Shown: positions 40,839 to 54,444 of the stretch, piece after piece
Numbering within the stretch: the first letter of the stretch is position 1
Layout: the number at the start of each line of letters is the position of its first letter
Source of the DNA: Coraliomargarita sp.
Lineage (GTDB): Bacteria > Verrucomicrobiota > Verrucomicrobiia > Opitutales > Coraliomargaritaceae
Direction: 5' to 3'
DNA: 64,000 nt
Assembly (NCBI GenBank): GCA_965216325.1
Contig: OZ244160.1
Coordinates: forward strand, 2,816,001-2,880,000
Made by a program: the position numbers and the translations under genes
The notes under the pieces: model-generated
Told to the model about the DNA's origin: nothing
What the model saw: the letters and a program-made list of their open reading frames with translations, nothing else
Database searches by the model: none

Positions 40839-42575
40839 TTACAATTCGATGTCCTTCATCAATTTTGCGGTTTCGACCGGGCCGCTGGGTGACTGACCGA
40901 GGCCGGACTGCATGATCAGTTTGCGGCGATACGGGCGCAAGTGGAGCACTTTTAACAGCGCGACAAAGAGAATACCAAACAGGGTCGAGGCATAGGCCGC
41001 CATCAGGCTGGCTTCGACGATGCCGACCGCGACCAGAATCAGGGAGAGGACGGTGCCGCCGAGGCCTACGTAGAGGCCGAAATCAAACAGCTGCTCTTCG
41101 TTGTCCAAGAGGCGAAGCTTTAACTCCGGTCCGATGGACTGCTTGGAGATCTCGCGTAGCTTGATCAGGCAGAAGCTGTAGATAACGAGCTGAATGATAA
41201 AGAACAGCGCGAGGACGAGGAGGGTGACTTGGTTGAGTTCTTGCATGGCTTTGACTGGTGATTTTAAAGAGTCGAGTGTACTGGCGACGGCGAATTCAAT
41301 CCGTGGTGCGCTGTCGGCAACGTCTTCGTGAGATTTGAGCACGTCAGGCTCGGCGAGTGTCCACAGTGTGATGGCCACGACGAGACTAATCAGGGCGTCG
41401 CGGGCGAGTACACTCGGGTTGTGGCGGGAGACGCGTTCCGTGTCGTTGGACAGGCTGCCACGCCAGGCAGCACCCATCGCAAAGGCGAAGGCGAGGCCCG
41501 CGAGTGTGAGGCTGGCAAACTTGGCGATTAGGCCGAAGTTGCGGTTCTCGGCGGTCAGGCTGACGAAGAAGCTGGGGCGGTAGGCTTGCAGGGGCACGAG
41601 TGTGTCGGCAAGGAGCGAGCGCTCGCGGTAAATGGCTTGTTCGGACTCCAGCAGGTATTGGATGGCCCCCGGGCCGTAGCCGAGTGCTTCGTCGAGGTCC
41701 TGATTGGAGCTTTCGGGGTGCTCGGCGATGTATTGATAGACCGCGCTGGGTTGCTGGCTGAAGCGCAGGGTGGTGTAAAGTGCGTTGATACGGTCCGGCT
41801 GGGCACGGAAGAGAGCTCCCATCTCGGCCCACTCGGTGGGTGTTTCAGTGATTTCGGCCAAGCTGGCAAGCGAGCGGAAGTCCAAGCGACGGGCCAATGA
41901 TAGGGTGCCGACGGTGAAATCTTCAAAGGCGCCGACCGCGGAGACGTTGCCGGAGGCGGCCTCTTGCGCCATGACGCCAATCTCCTGCGCAAGGCCGGGC
42001 TTAAAGTAGTTGCCTTGAATCAACAGGGCCAAACTTAGCACGCCGGCATCGTAGGGTGCGCCTGCTGCGTGGTCGGCCGGGTGTAGTCGGATCAGTCCGC
42101 GCAAATTACGGGTGCTGAGCAGGGAAGCGATGTTGGCGTTACTGGATTCGGAGAGTGTTTCGACTAGCAGGCGACGCTCGGAGCGCGGCAGCAGCAGGGA
42201 CAGCACGGCATTGGGCGTGTCACGCTCGAGGCCGGTGGGATGAGCGCTTTGCAGAAAGGCTTCGAAGTAGGGGGCGGGGCCGCCTGAGATATGATATTGG
42301 CCGTTGCGGGCGAGCAGAATATTTACGCGTTGCTCAAGTTCGTGGCGGGTGGACTCGTCCAGATACAAGGTGGCGGCCGCGATGCGTTGGGCCGGGCCGA
42401 TGTGCGCTGCGCTGAGGACTTCGCGGGCTTTATCCGCCGAGGAGCGGCCCTGTGCGCCTGCCCATTGCAAGACGCTGCTGTCGACCGTGCGCAAGTGCGC
42501 TGGAAAGAGTAACCCGATTACAGCCAGAGCGGAGGCCAGTAATAGCAGTATCAGGGTCTTTATTGTAGGCAGCAT
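40839..42575 (-). CDS. Membrane protein with C-terminal MotA/TolQ/ExbB-like helices
   Basis: GLYVGLGGTVLSL...LMAAYASTLFGIL resembles the proton-channel TM pair. Confidence 0.65.
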   Translation of the reverse strand: MLPTIKTLILLLLASALAVIGLLFPAHLRTVDSSVLQWAGAQGRSSADKAREVLSAAHIGPAQRIAAATLYLDESTRHELEQRVNILLARNGQYHISGGPAPYFEAFLQSAHPTGLERDTPNAVLSLLLPRSERRLLVETLSESSNANIASLLSTRNLRGLIRLHPADHAAGAPYDAGVLSLALLIQGNYFKPGLAQEIGVMAQEAASGNVSAVGAFEDFTVGTLSLARRLDFRSLASLAEITETPTEWAEMGALFRAQPDRINALYTTLRFSQQPSAVYQYIAEHPESSNQDLDEALGYGPGAIQYLLESEQAIYRERSLLADTLVPLQAYRPSFFVSLTAENRNFGLIAKFASLTLAGLAFAFAMGAAWRGSLSNDTERVSRHNPSVLARDALISLVVAITLWTLAEPDVLKSHEDVADSAPRIEFAVASTLDSLKSPVKAMQELNQVTLLVLALFFIIQLVIYSFCLIKLREISKQSIGPELKLRLLDNEEQLFDFGLYVGLGGTVLSLILVAVGIVEASLMAAYASTLFGILFVALLKVLHLRPYRRKLIMQSGLGQSPSGPVETAKLMKDIEL

Positions 42576-42686
42576 GTGAATGTTAACAGTCGTTGATTAG
42601 CGAATAAGGCGAATTTCGTCCCTCGGTGCAATGGGGAATTTTGAATGGGCTTGCTTTCTAGTCTAGTGCTCGCGTTTGTTTGTTCC

Positions 42687-43421
42687 ATGAAGCATGAGAC
42701 TGTGCAGCAGTATTTCGAATCGGAGGCCGTGGTGGAGCACTATGCGGAGGCGGCTGCACGTATTGGACTCTGGGTTTCGGAGGAGAAGCTGTTTACGCAC
42801 GTCTTTCAGCGGGAGGCAGCGATTCTGGAGCTCGGTTGTGGCGCGGGGCGTATTGCCTTTGGGCTTTATGAGCTCGGCTATCACAATGTGATGGCGACCG
42901 ACTATGCGAAGGCGATGGTCGAGCGGGCACGGCAGATGGCGGCGGTTCTGGAATATCGCATCCCGATGCAGGTGGCGGATGCCACGGCGCTCAAGTTTGA
43001 GGATGCGTCCTTTGATGGTGCGATTTTTGGATTTAACGGGCTGATGCAGATTCCTACAGCTGCTGCGCGCCAGAAAGCTTTGGAGGAGATATACCGTGTG
43101 CTGAAGCCTGGGGCGTGGTTTGTGTTTACCTCGCACGATCGCGAGGCCTCACGCCATCAGCAATTTTGGGCCGAGGAGCAAGCGCGCTGGGAACAATCCG
43201 CGCAGAATCCCGAGCTCGATGAGTTCGGCGACCGCACGGAACAGACTGGGCTCGGGCAGCATTTCATGCATGTGCCGACCACGGGCGAGTTGGAAGCGAT
43301 GCTGACGCGTGTGGGCTTTCGCCTCGAGGCGCATGCCTTGCGCTCGGCTTTGGCTAATGAGCCACAAGAGGTGCGCGAGTTTTCAGATGATTGTCGCTTC
43401 TGGGTGGTGCAGAAGCCCTGA
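42687..43421 (+). CDS. Class I SAM-dependent methyltransferase
   Basis: [33 protein letters not shown]. Confidence 0.9.
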   Translation: MKHETVQQYFESEAVVEHYAEAAARIGLWVSEEKLFTHVFQREAAILELGCGAGRIAFGLYELGYHNVMATDYAKAMVERARQMAAVLEYRIPMQVADATALKFEDASFDGAIFGFNGLMQIPTAAARQKALEEIYRVLKPGAWFVFTSHDREASRHQQFWAEEQARWEQSAQNPELDEFGDRTEQTGLGQHFMHVPTTGELEAMLTRVGFRLEAHALRSALANEPQEVREFSDDCRFWVVQKP

Positions 43422-43564
43422 TTGGGAATCCACCAAATGGTAGCGCAGGTGCGTCTCGCACCGCATTTGAACTGCAACGATAGTAAATTAACTAATGGGT
43501 GCGCACCTAGGATAATGCGAATGGCACTACCTTGGGGATAATTGCAGCATATCATTCTGTTTCA

Positions 43565-43714
43565 GGTAGGGTCGTCTCGCCGAGGCGACCGTTTGGCAAA
43601 AGGCTCTAAATCCCTAGATTATATGGATCGCCCTGACGAGCGGTCAGCCATCGAAAGCACTTTGACGATTCGCAGTCAGTCGGCGAACGGCCGCCTCGGC
43701 GAGACGGCCCTACC
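43565..43714. repeat. GTAG-family REP inverted doublet (REPIN-like)
   Basis: GGTAGGGTCGTCTCGCCGAGGCGACCGTT at 43565 and the near-perfect inverse AACGGCCGCCTCGGCGAGACGGCCCTACC ending at 43714. Confidence 0.8.
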
Positions 43715-43817
43715 CAAAAACGTGATTAAGATCGTGCCATTGCTTCGACCTCTACACTCTGTTCCGTCAAGGCGCTGTTGCGCTCCTCTGAAGCAATGGC
43801 TGTTCGGGCATCTCAAC

Positions 43818-44462
43818 CTATTTGCGACGGCGTAGCATCACTGACGTTAGACCCATAAAACCAGCGAGCAGGGCGTAGCTGCCAGGCTCTGGCACGACGG
43901 TGACTGTGAAATTTTCGAGAGTGAAGTTTGTGCCACCTGAGATTGAGAGTGTGATTCGCTGACCTGCTATGAAGGCTTCATCGATGCCGCCGAAGAAGTC
44001 GTTGCCGCTCACGGCGATGTTGGAGGTGGCGCCATCAGTCAGGTTGTAAGTATTGCCATCTTGGAAGGAGAGGACTGCAAACTCGGGTGTGTCATCCAGT
44101 AGCGCAAAATCGATCGAGTTGAAGGTGCCATCCTTATCGAAGAAGAAGACCATCGATTCGTTGCCGCTTGCTGTGTCGAAGGCATCGGAGTCGTCACCGC
44201 TGCCTGCTTGGTCTGGGCCAAATCCACTGTTGGTGAGGTTGAAGCTGCCGAAGTCGGTTCCTGCAGAAAGTGTAATGCCTTCCTGTGTGTAGGTGCCACT
44301 GGTGTTGAGGCCCATGCTTGCTGCGTCTGAACCATCTGCAAAGGCTTCAAGTGCAAGTCCGGCAGCACCTGTTGATGAGCCATCGTCGAATACAAAAGTG
44401 GTCTGCGCGACTAGGGAAGTTGTAATGAGTGCGGAAAGGATAAGGAGTCCTGAAGTTTTCAT
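43818..44462 (-). CDS. PEP-CTERM sorting-domain protein
   Basis: Signal peptide and C-terminal VPEPGSYALLAGFMGLTSVMLRRRK. Confidence 0.93.
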   Translation of the reverse strand: MKTSGLLILSALITTSLVAQTTFVFDDGSSTGAAGLALEAFADGSDAASMGLNTSGTYTQEGITLSAGTDFGSFNLTNSGFGPDQAGSGDDSDAFDTASGNESMVFFFDKDGTFNSIDFALLDDTPEFAVLSFQDGNTYNLTDGATSNIAVSGNDFFGGIDEAFIAGQRITLSISGGTNFTLENFTVTVVPEPGSYALLAGFMGLTSVMLRRRK

Positions 44463-44778
44463 GAATTGCGTTGAATAGATTAGATATAGGAAGGGCTATG
44501 CCTGAGCTTTTTGAGCGGGGTGTAAATCCTTTTTAGTTTAAAAATAACGTAAATTAGATGATTTATTAGTCATTCTGTAGATGTGTCTTCCCAATTTCTT
44601 GGTTTTGATACGACACGCATCGATCTCAGTTTGGGAAGGGGCTCCGCAGCCAAGACCGCATTGCTCTATACTTACGGCGTCCTGAGGTAGGGCACTCACC
44701 CTGCTGACACGCTAGCATCCACATGATACGTATAAGAAAGGGCCCTGAGACTAAATCGATGAAGGTTTGGCTTGGATG

Positions 44779-44906
44779 GCACCACCCCGTCTCGCTCAGG
44801 ACCTTCGGCAAGCTCAGGGGCTGGCGAGCCACCCCTCCTCGCCAAGGAGGGGAGCTAATCCTCTGCGAAGAAGGAGGTCATCCCGCTTAACGAGATCGGA
44901 GTGGTG
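44779..44906. repeat. Second copy of the 24881 repeat, with a nested CCTTCGGCAAGCTCAGG insert
   Basis: Direct comparison with 24881-24931. Confidence 0.7.
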
Positions 44907-44984
44907 TGTTTGGGCATACCTTTTCACATTGTTATAACTACCAATCTCACACTATTTGCTTGTCGGGTGGCGATGGACTGACAC

Positions 44985-45017
44985 AAAAAAGCGCCCCGAG
45001 GCTGGCTCGGGACGCTT
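44985..45017 (-). terminator. Rho-independent terminator of the suf operon
   Basis: + strand AAAAAAGCGCCCCGAG...CTCGGGACGCTT gives a hairpin plus U-tract on the minus strand. Confidence 0.75.
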
Positions 45018-45060
45018 GCTAAGTGATTCTGGATCCGCCTAAAGGCGGGACCCCAACCGA

Positions 45061-45609
45061 TTAGATCAGGCCGAGGACCATTTTGCCCTCTTCGGTGATC
45101 ATATCCTGATTCCACGGTGGATCCCAGACGATCTCGACTTCGGCTTCGGCGACGCCGGGCACGCCTTCGAGGTGCGTCTTGGCATCTTCGGCGATGACAG
45201 GGCCCATGCCGCAGCCGGGAGCGGTCAGTGTCATGTGCATTTCCACTTTGTGGCCACCTTCGGGGCGCTCTGCATACTCGAGCGAGTAGACCAGACCGAG
45301 GTCGACGATGTTGACCGGGATTTCCGGATCGAAGACCTTCTTGAGGGCTTCCCAGAGGTTAGCCTTCTCGACAGGGCCATTCGCGCCGGAAGCTTCGGCT
45401 GCCTTTGCCGCGTCGGTGACTTCCTCGCCAATCGCGTCAGCATTGGCTCCACTGATGCGGAACATGCCGTTCGCAGTCATCACCGTAAAGTTACCGCCGA
45501 GGCGGTGCGTGATGGTGACTTGCTCGCCTTCAGGCAAGGTCATCGGAGTGCCCTGAGGAATCAGGGTGACTTCAACTTCGCGGGAGAGTGTGCGTAGATC
45601 GTCGGACAT
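45061..45609 (-). CDS. sufT: Fe-S cluster assembly protein SufT (DUF59)
   Basis: [34 protein letters not shown]. Confidence 0.92.
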   Translation of the reverse strand: MSDDLRTLSREVEVTLIPQGTPMTLPEGEQVTITHRLGGNFTVMTANGMFRISGANADAIGEEVTDAAKAAEASGANGPVEKANLWEALKKVFDPEIPVNIVDLGLVYSLEYAERPEGGHKVEMHMTLTAPGCGMGPVIAEDAKTHLEGVPGVAEAEVEIVWDPPWNQDMITEEGKMVLGLI

Positions 45610-45728
45610 AAATTTAAGGATGAGTTTGAAACCTGAAACTTGAGTGAAGAAATGAGGCTGAGTAAAAAGAAGGCTTAGTTTGAAGCCTGAAATTTTCAAG
45701 TCTCAGGTTTCAGCTTTCATCCTTCAGC

Positions 45729-47018
45729 TTAGCTGATCTTCGATTCGAACTTGTTGCGGATCAAGACACGAAGATTCTCGGCGAGTTCTTCGCTATCGAC
45801 CTTTTCGATCACTTCTTCGAAGAAGCCGAAGACCATGAGCTGCATTGCAGTGCGCTTTTCGATACCGCGGCTCATCATGTAGAAGAGTTCGTCCTGATCG
45901 ACGTTGCCTGTGGTCGCGCCGTGCGAGCACTTCACATCGTTGGCAAGGATCTCAAGTCCGGGCAGTGCGTTGGCTTCCGCGGTTGGATCGAGCAACAGGT
46001 TGCGGTTGGTTTGATACGCATCGGTTTGTTGCGCGCCTTCGGCTACCTTGATCAGACCGGAGAAGATCGTGCGGCTCTTGTCGAGCAGTGCGTTCTTGTA
46101 GAGTAGGTCGGATACTGCGTTGCCCGCGTTGTGGGTTTGGAAAGTGCGTTGGTCAAACTCCTGAGTTTCCTCGGCCACGGTAAGCGAATACATCTTCACG
46201 TCGGCACCGGGGCCTTCGATACGCGTTTGGTTTTCGAAGCGTGCACGCTGTGCACCGATGTTGACCGCGAGGTTCTTTACCTGTGTGTCGCGACCAGCAA
46301 CGGTTGTGTCGAGCTGGAAGGAAACGGTCTTTTCGTTCCAGTCCTGCACCACCTTGCGGAAGATGTTCGCGCCATTGCCAGCGTGGATGTTGCTCACGGC
46401 AATGTTCAAGGCTTCGTTCGCTTCAGTGTCGGAGAAGAAGATGTCGACCACAGATGCCTTGGCGTTGTCCTCAGCGATGATCAGCGTGTGTGGGAACACG
46501 GCAGACTTCGCAGCGCTGGTCCAGTAGTAGTTGACGAACGGTTTCTCGATTTCGACGCCCTTGGGCACGAAGAGAATCGAGCCCGCCTTGACGAGTTGTG
46601 CGTGCAAGCCGAAGAACTTCTCGGAACCCAACTCGGTGGATTCTTGCAGGAAGTATTTCTCCATCAGCTCTGGGTGCTGTGCGATTGCTTCAGCCACTGG
46701 CAGATAGATAACGCCCTTTGCTGCGAGCTCTTCGCTGATGCCTTCGAACTGTGCTTGTGTATCGTCGGCGAAGACGAGTTGGCCGGCGCGTTCGCTTACC
46801 AAGTTGGAGCGTTCAACGAAGCTGTCGAGTTGTTCGCTTGCTGCAGCCGGAGCAAAGCCGTCGATGCTAAGCTTGCCAACGGATGCGAAGCGCCAGCGCT
46901 CGTCGCGTGCACTTGGTGCTGGAAGGATCTCAAACTGAGCCTTGCCTTCGGCGCGACGTGTTTCGAGCCATGCGGGTTCGTTTGCTGTCATAGGTTGTTC
47001 TAAAATTTCTGTAGTCAT
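45729..47018 (-). CDS. sufD: Fe-S cluster assembly protein SufD
   Basis: [43 protein letters not shown]. Confidence 0.93.
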   Translation of the reverse strand: MTTEILEQPMTANEPAWLETRRAEGKAQFEILPAPSARDERWRFASVGKLSIDGFAPAAASEQLDSFVERSNLVSERAGQLVFADDTQAQFEGISEELAAKGVIYLPVAEAIAQHPELMEKYFLQESTELGSEKFFGLHAQLVKAGSILFVPKGVEIEKPFVNYYWTSAAKSAVFPHTLIIAEDNAKASVVDIFFSDTEANEALNIAVSNIHAGNGANIFRKVVQDWNEKTVSFQLDTTVAGRDTQVKNLAVNIGAQRARFENQTRIEGPGADVKMYSLTVAEETQEFDQRTFQTHNAGNAVSDLLYKNALLDKSRTIFSGLIKVAEGAQQTDAYQTNRNLLLDPTAEANALPGLEILANDVKCSHGATTGNVDQDELFYMMSRGIEKRTAMQLMVFGFFEEVIEKVDSEELAENLRVLIRNKFESKIS

Positions 47019-47066
47019 TATGTGAATACGGGTTGATGAGTGACATCCCTTAAGGGCGCGTCGGCT

Positions 47067-48491
<1,425 letters not shown>

Positions 48492-48533
48492 TTGAAGAGG
48501 AGTTAGAAGTTAGAATTTAGGAGTCAGAAGCCC

Positions 48534-49295
<762 letters not shown>

Positions 49296-49340
49296 GATAA
49301 TTGGATTTTAGATTTAAGATTTTAGATTTAAGAAAGGACG

Positions 49341-49772
49341 CTAGTCGTGGCAGCAGTTGCACTTACCATCGTAGGCGATGTTGATGTGCTGTGCTTGAAA
49401 TCCTTCGGGGAGGGCGGCTTTGAGTTGTGCAATCAGCTCGTCAGACAGCTCGATGTCGACGATTTCACCGCTTTCCTTGCAGTAGAAGTGGGCGTGCTGG
49501 GTGAGATTCGGGCAGTAGCGGGTCGGTTCACGCTCGAAGTTGACCTGCTTGACCAGACCACTTTCGACCAGTGTTTCGAGGCAGTTGTAAACAGTGGCCA
49601 GCGAAATGGTTGGCATTTCTGATTTGGCGCGGGCATAGACCTCGTCAGCAGTCGGGTGGTCACGCTTCTCCAGAATCACCGAAAAGATGTGTTCGCGCTG
49701 TTTGGTGGAGCGCTGGCCGCTGTGCTCGAGTGCGTGGTCGAGGCGGGCCTTATATTCGGGTGCGAGTTTCAT
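49341..49772 (-). CDS. Fur-family transcriptional regulator (PerR/Irr-like)
   Basis: [29 protein letters not shown]. Confidence 0.9.
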   Translation of the reverse strand: MKLAPEYKARLDHALEHSGQRSTKQREHIFSVILEKRDHPTADEVYARAKSEMPTISLATVYNCLETLVESGLVKQVNFEREPTRYCPNLTQHAHFYCKESGEIVDIELSDELIAQLKAALPEGFQAQHINIAYDGKCNCCHD

Positions 49773-49806
49773 GATAAATGTGTTGGTATGGAGGGCTTAA
49801 TTGTAT

Positions 49807-49891
49807 TTGGAATTATTCTAAATTGGCCCAATGGAGAGTGGACTAAATTAGAATAGTTCCAAATATCAAGTAATAATTAGAATTATTCTAA
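49807..49891. promoter_or_regulatory. Three 7-1-7 Fur/Per-type boxes upstream of the fur-suf operon
   Basis: TTGGAATtATTCTAA (49807), TTAGAATaGTTCCAA (49848) and the perfect TTAGAATtATTCTAA (49877). Confidence 0.8.
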
Positions 49892-49984
49892 ATAAAATGC
49901 GAATTCTGCTGATCGATATTAGTTTGCGTAAAATCGTTCGAATCTGGCTTGTCTGCCAGGGGAGGCGGCTCCAGCCTGAGTCTT

Positions 49985-50722
49985 ATGGCGCGCTACCGCT
50001 CATTTTTATTTCCTGAAGCGACTGTTGGAGATGGCTTTGTCGTCTTGGATGCGCGTGAAAGTCACCATCTCGTACGCGTTTTTCGGGCAAAAGTGGGTGA
50101 AACGGTGGAAGTGCTGGATGGGCAGGGACGCAGGTATCAGGGCAAATTGGCCGAGGCGAATGCCAAGGGTGCACGCATTGCGCTGGATTCTGTTGTGGAG
50201 CAAGCTCGCTCAGGGCCTGCTGTTACCCTGTTGCAGGCGGTGCCGAAGGGGAAGGCGATGGATCTGATCCTGCGCATGGCCACCGAGATCGGTGCTTCGA
50301 CGATTCAGCCTATTTTCACCGACCAGGGGGAGGTGCAGATCAAGGGGGAACGCTTGAACTCCAAAGTTGAAAAGTGGCGTATCACGATGATCGAGGCCTG
50401 CAAGCAGTGTGGTTTGGCCTATTTGCCCACGCTCGAAGAGCCACTGAGTTTGAAGCAGGCGCTTCAGACTGCACCCGAGAATTGCATGCGTATCGTCGCA
50501 AGTTTAGAGGATGGCAGTCGCCCGCTCGCTGATGTGCTGGCGGCCAATCCCGATGTCGATGCGATTCAGGTCGCGGTCGGACCTGAGGGGGATTTTTCCG
50601 CGGCTGAATATCAGCAACTGCATGAGGCGGGCTTTCAACCCGTGCGTCTCGGTGCAAATGTGCTGCGTGCCGAAACTGCCGCAGCTTACATCCTCAGTGT
50701 GGTGGATCAGTTGGCTTCCTGA
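49985..50722 (+). CDS. rsmE: 16S rRNA m3U1498 methyltransferase RsmE
   Basis: [34 protein letters not shown]. Confidence 0.93.
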   Translation: MARYRSFLFPEATVGDGFVVLDARESHHLVRVFRAKVGETVEVLDGQGRRYQGKLAEANAKGARIALDSVVEQARSGPAVTLLQAVPKGKAMDLILRMATEIGASTIQPIFTDQGEVQIKGERLNSKVEKWRITMIEACKQCGLAYLPTLEEPLSLKQALQTAPENCMRIVASLEDGSRPLADVLAANPDVDAIQVAVGPEGDFSAAEYQQLHEAGFQPVRLGANVLRAETAAAYILSVVDQLAS

Positions 50723-52062
50723 GCGTCGCGAGGGATTTGGTTGAATTGCTGTTTCAATCGCAACGAAAGGATGATGGCGGCAAGTGCTAGCCCAGTGGCT
50801 AGTCCGGTCCAGAGGCCACGTGCTTGCCAGTCTTGTGAGAATGCCAGCCAGATCCCAAGTGGAATGCCAGCCAGCCAGAAGCTGACAAACAAAATACCGG
50901 TTGGCACGTTCACATCCTTCAGGCCACGCAGGGCGCTCATGCTGATCACCTGCGTGCCATCAAAAATTTGGAACAGCGCGACGATGACGAATAGGCTACC
51001 GGCTAGTGAGATGACTTCCAGATCTTGGCTGAAAACACCTGCGATGGCTTCGCCAGAGGTCACGAAGGTGAGTGCACAGATTGTCATCACGATCAGTGAC
51101 ATGGTATGTGCGCTGAGAATGAGTCGGCCGCATTGAGAACGCTGCCCCGCGCTGATGGTGTGGCCGACACGAATCGTCACTGCCATCGCGAGGCCGAGGG
51201 GAATCATGAAAGTAACCGTGATGCAGCTCATTGCGATTTGGTGTGTGGCGAGGGGCACGCTGCCAAAGCGGCCAATGAGCAAGGCAACGATAGAGAACGA
51301 CCCAAACTCAAGCAGTAGCTGTCCGGAGATGGGCATCGCCATTTTGAAGACTTCGCGACAGATCCCGAGATTGAGCGGTTTGAACCATTGTTTGGGCAAG
51401 CAGGTCTTTAGATGTGTGGATCGATGGAGTAGAATGAGTAGCCCTGTCAGGCTGATGAATCGGGCGAGTAGCGTTGCAATACCTGCGCCCGCGAGCCCCA
51501 AACGAGGGCAGCCGAATTTACCAAAGATCAGCATGTAGTTGAGCACGAAGTTCGCTACGACGCCTAGGAGCATCACCCACAGCACCAACCAGGGATGATT
51601 GCGGGCTTCAATATAGCTCTTGATCGTGAACGCTGGGACGATCGGGATGAGTGACAGTGCGATCCAGGTTAGATACTGCGGGGTGAGCTCGACCACTGCT
51701 AATGGTTGTTTGAGTTTGTCGAGAATCAGTAAACTACTGAACATCAGCCCAGCCAATAGCATACCGAGGCCCACTGCAACGAGGAGCCCATGGCGTAAAA
51801 TTTCGGCCAGCCGCTCATGGCTTTCCGAACTTCCGTGTTGATGGGAGACCAGCACAGAGATCGCTGCAAATAAACCGATGCCAAAGACAAAGGGCAGGTT
51901 GAAGAGCACGCTGACAAAAGCGACTGTGGCGAGTTCATCGGTGCCGAGCTTTCCAATCATCACCGTATCGATCAGGCCCATGAGCATTTGGCTGAGCTGC
52001 CCAGCGATGATAGGCAGCGCCAACAAGAATGTCAGCCGGCCTTCTCTGAGTGCCATTTGCAT
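50707..52062 (-). CDS. MATE-family efflux transporter (NorM-like)
   Basis: [31 protein letters not shown]; about 12 TM segments. Confidence 0.92.
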   Translation of the reverse strand: MQMALREGRLTFLLALPIIAGQLSQMLMGLIDTVMIGKLGTDELATVAFVSVLFNLPFVFGIGLFAAISVLVSHQHGSSESHERLAEILRHGLLVAVGLGMLLAGLMFSSLLILDKLKQPLAVVELTPQYLTWIALSLIPIVPAFTIKSYIEARNHPWLVLWVMLLGVVANFVLNYMLIFGKFGCPRLGLAGAGIATLLARFISLTGLLILLHRSTHLKTCLPKQWFKPLNLGICREVFKMAMPISGQLLLEFGSFSIVALLIGRFGSVPLATHQIAMSCITVTFMIPLGLAMAVTIRVGHTISAGQRSQCGRLILSAHTMSLIVMTICALTFVTSGEAIAGVFSQDLEVISLAGSLFVIVALFQIFDGTQVISMSALRGLKDVNVPTGILFVSFWLAGIPLGIWLAFSQDWQARGLWTGLATGLALAAIILSLRLKQQFNQIPRDAQEAN

Positions 52063-52078
52063 ACGGTGACCTGGTCGT

Positions 52079-53293
52079 TTAGGTCAGTTCGAAGCCAAGC
52101 AGCGTGATGTCATCCTGCTGCTTGTTATCTACCGTGAACGCATGGACGGTATCATACAGATGTTCCAGACTCTCTTGTAGCGGCATGTGAGCACTTTTTA
52201 ATAGGCACTCTTCCAGACCCGCACGGGTGAATTCTTCGCCATGCGCATCCGAGGCTTCCAAAATGCCATCGGTGTAGGTGAAGAAGCGGTCGCCTTGATT
52301 CAGGTGTAGCTCAAAGGTTTCGGATGCGGTGCCACCGGGGATTCCCATGACCAGTGCGGTCGGAAGGGTGATCGATTCGATGGTCTTTGTGGCTGCCCGA
52401 TAGACCAAGTTTAGCGGATGCCCGCAGTTCGCCAGGTAGAGGATGCGGCTGCCGTCATGTTGACGCTTGCCAAAGTGTCCGGCCATACCGGTGACAAAGC
52501 CCTGATTGAGCTGTCCGGTGAGCTCGCGATTCACAGCATTGAGGAAATCGGTCGGGCTGTTGTTGTAAACTTCTGCTTCGTGGGAAGTGAGGTATTTGAG
52601 CAGCACTGTCGAGAAGGCTGCGGCAACACCGTGTCCACATACATCGCCAAGAAAGAAGAGCAGGCTGTTGTTCGGGTTGCGAGGGAAGCTGTACAGGTCG
52701 CCGCCCACCGAGGACATGGGCTTCCAGACGTGGGCGATGTTGACATTTTTGACGTCTGGAACGCGGCCGGGGATCATGACCCGTTGCACCTTATGAGCGC
52801 TCTCGTAGTCCGACAGCATGATTTCGTTCTGTTCACGTAAACGACGCTCACTCCGTGCGAGCTGCTCTTGAGCGACCACCTCGGCAGTCACATCGCGAGA
52901 GATACCGAAGATGCCAGCAGATGTCGAGGAACTCAGGTGGAGTGGGGCCTTGGAGGAGGATGCCCAAGTTACGGAACCATCCGGCCAAGTCTCTTTCTCG
53001 ACCTTGTTAATAATCGGTGTATCGGTGCGCAGAATCTCCTGTTCGTCGTCGTATGCCTGTTGCGCATGCTCTTCTGAGAATAGATCGAAATCAGTCATTC
53101 CCTCGAGTGCGTGACGATCTTCATATCCATGCATTTCCGCAAGTGCCTTACTGACTGTTATAAAGCGGCTTTGGCGATCCTTGATGTAGATGCGGTCTGC
53201 CGTTTGCTCCATGAGAGTTTCAAACAGACGCTTCGCGGATGCTTTTAACAGCATCGAATTCTCGTCTGGATCTGGAGTTACGTGAGTAGCCAT
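52079..53293 (-). CDS. PAS-domain SpoIIE/PP2C-family phosphatase
   Basis: PAS ([16 protein letters not shown]) plus VGGDLY, GDVCGHG, YTDGILE, DDITL. Confidence 0.9.
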   Translation of the reverse strand: MATHVTPDPDENSMLLKASAKRLFETLMEQTADRIYIKDRQSRFITVSKALAEMHGYEDRHALEGMTDFDLFSEEHAQQAYDDEQEILRTDTPIINKVEKETWPDGSVTWASSSKAPLHLSSSTSAGIFGISRDVTAEVVAQEQLARSERRLREQNEIMLSDYESAHKVQRVMIPGRVPDVKNVNIAHVWKPMSSVGGDLYSFPRNPNNSLLFFLGDVCGHGVAAAFSTVLLKYLTSHEAEVYNNSPTDFLNAVNRELTGQLNQGFVTGMAGHFGKRQHDGSRILYLANCGHPLNLVYRAATKTIESITLPTALVMGIPGGTASETFELHLNQGDRFFTYTDGILEASDAHGEEFTRAGLEECLLKSAHMPLQESLEHLYDTVHAFTVDNKQQDDITLLGFELT

Positions 53294-53401
53294 TAACCTT
53301 TCATCTAGGGGATTCGCGCTGGCTGTGGCAACGTTTCCTTTCGCGCAAAACGATAAAAAACGACTGGCCAAATCCTATACGCTCAGTCCTTACTCATCGC
53401 A

Positions 53402-53857
53402 ATGCGAGTTGTGTTACAGAGAGTTTCCATGGCATCAGTCCAAGTTCACGGTCGGGTCGTTGGTGCGATTGGGAAAGGTGTGCTCCTGTTCTTAGGAGTC
53501 GGACAGGAAGATGGCCCCGAAGATATTGACTGGCTGGTGGGGCGTGTCACTCGATTGCGTATTTGGGAAGACGAGAATGACCGTATGAACCAGTCGCTAC
53601 TAGATGTAGATGGCGAGGTCTTGGTGATCAGTCAGTTTACATTATTCGGCAATCTGAAGAAGGGGAACCGACCATCGTTTAACCGAGCTGCGTTGCCGAA
53701 TACAGCGGTGCCATTGTATGAGCAATTTGTGGCTAAACTGTCGGAGGCCTTGTCAAAGCCCGTTCCAACTGGGCGTTTTGGGCAGCATATGGATATCGAG
53801 GCGCACAATGACGGTCCCATTACGCTGATTGTGGATTCGAAACAAAAAGACTTTTAA
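53402..53857 (+). CDS. dtd: D-aminoacyl-tRNA deacylase
   Basis: [25 protein letters not shown]. Confidence 0.96.
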   Translation: MRVVLQRVSMASVQVHGRVVGAIGKGVLLFLGVGQEDGPEDIDWLVGRVTRLRIWEDENDRMNQSLLDVDGEVLVISQFTLFGNLKKGNRPSFNRAALPNTAVPLYEQFVAKLSEALSKPVPTGRFGQHMDIEAHNDGPITLIVDSKQKDF

Positions 53858-53873
53858 GGGGACTCACCACCGG

Positions 53874-54401
53874 ATGGCACGTGTTGTGAATAAGGCTTTT
53901 TTTAATCGCTCGACCACCGAGGTTGCGCGGGAACTCTTGGGAAAGTCACTTTGTCGACGTTTGGACTCGGGCAAGATTCTTCGTGCCCGAATTACCGAGA
54001 CCGAGGCCTATGATGGGCATGAAGATAAAGCATCACACGCGCATAAGGGCCCGACGACACGCAATGTTGTCATGTTTGGTCCTCCGGGGCGCACGTATAT
54101 CTATCTTTGCTACGGTGTGCATTGGCTACTCAATATCACCACCCGAGAGAAAGGCTATCCGGCCGCGGTGCTTATTCGGGGTTTGGAGGAATTGGAGGGA
54201 CCGGGGCGCCTGACCAAGCAATTGCACATCGACAGTGCCTTGAATAATCAGCTCCTTACGCGCGTGAACGGTCTGTGGATTGAAGATGACGGCTTTGTGC
54301 CCGACTCAGCTAAGATCACTGAGCTTCCTCGTGTGGGGGTCGATTATGCGGGCCCCGAGTGGGCGGCGATGCCGTGGCGTTTTCGTTGGGAACTGGTGTA
54401 G
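53874..54401 (+). CDS. mpg: 3-methyladenine DNA glycosylase (MPG/AAG family)
   Basis: VARELLGK, ITETEAY, YIYLCYGVH, AVLIR, GPGRLT. Confidence 0.92.
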   Translation: MARVVNKAFFNRSTTEVARELLGKSLCRRLDSGKILRARITETEAYDGHEDKASHAHKGPTTRNVVMFGPPGRTYIYLCYGVHWLLNITTREKGYPAAVLIRGLEELEGPGRLTKQLHIDSALNNQLLTRVNGLWIEDDGFVPDSAKITELPRVGVDYAGPEWAAMPWRFRWELV

Positions 54402-54444
54402 TCACGGCACTCAGTTGCTGGGGGGTCGCTTCAGCTGAGTCGGG

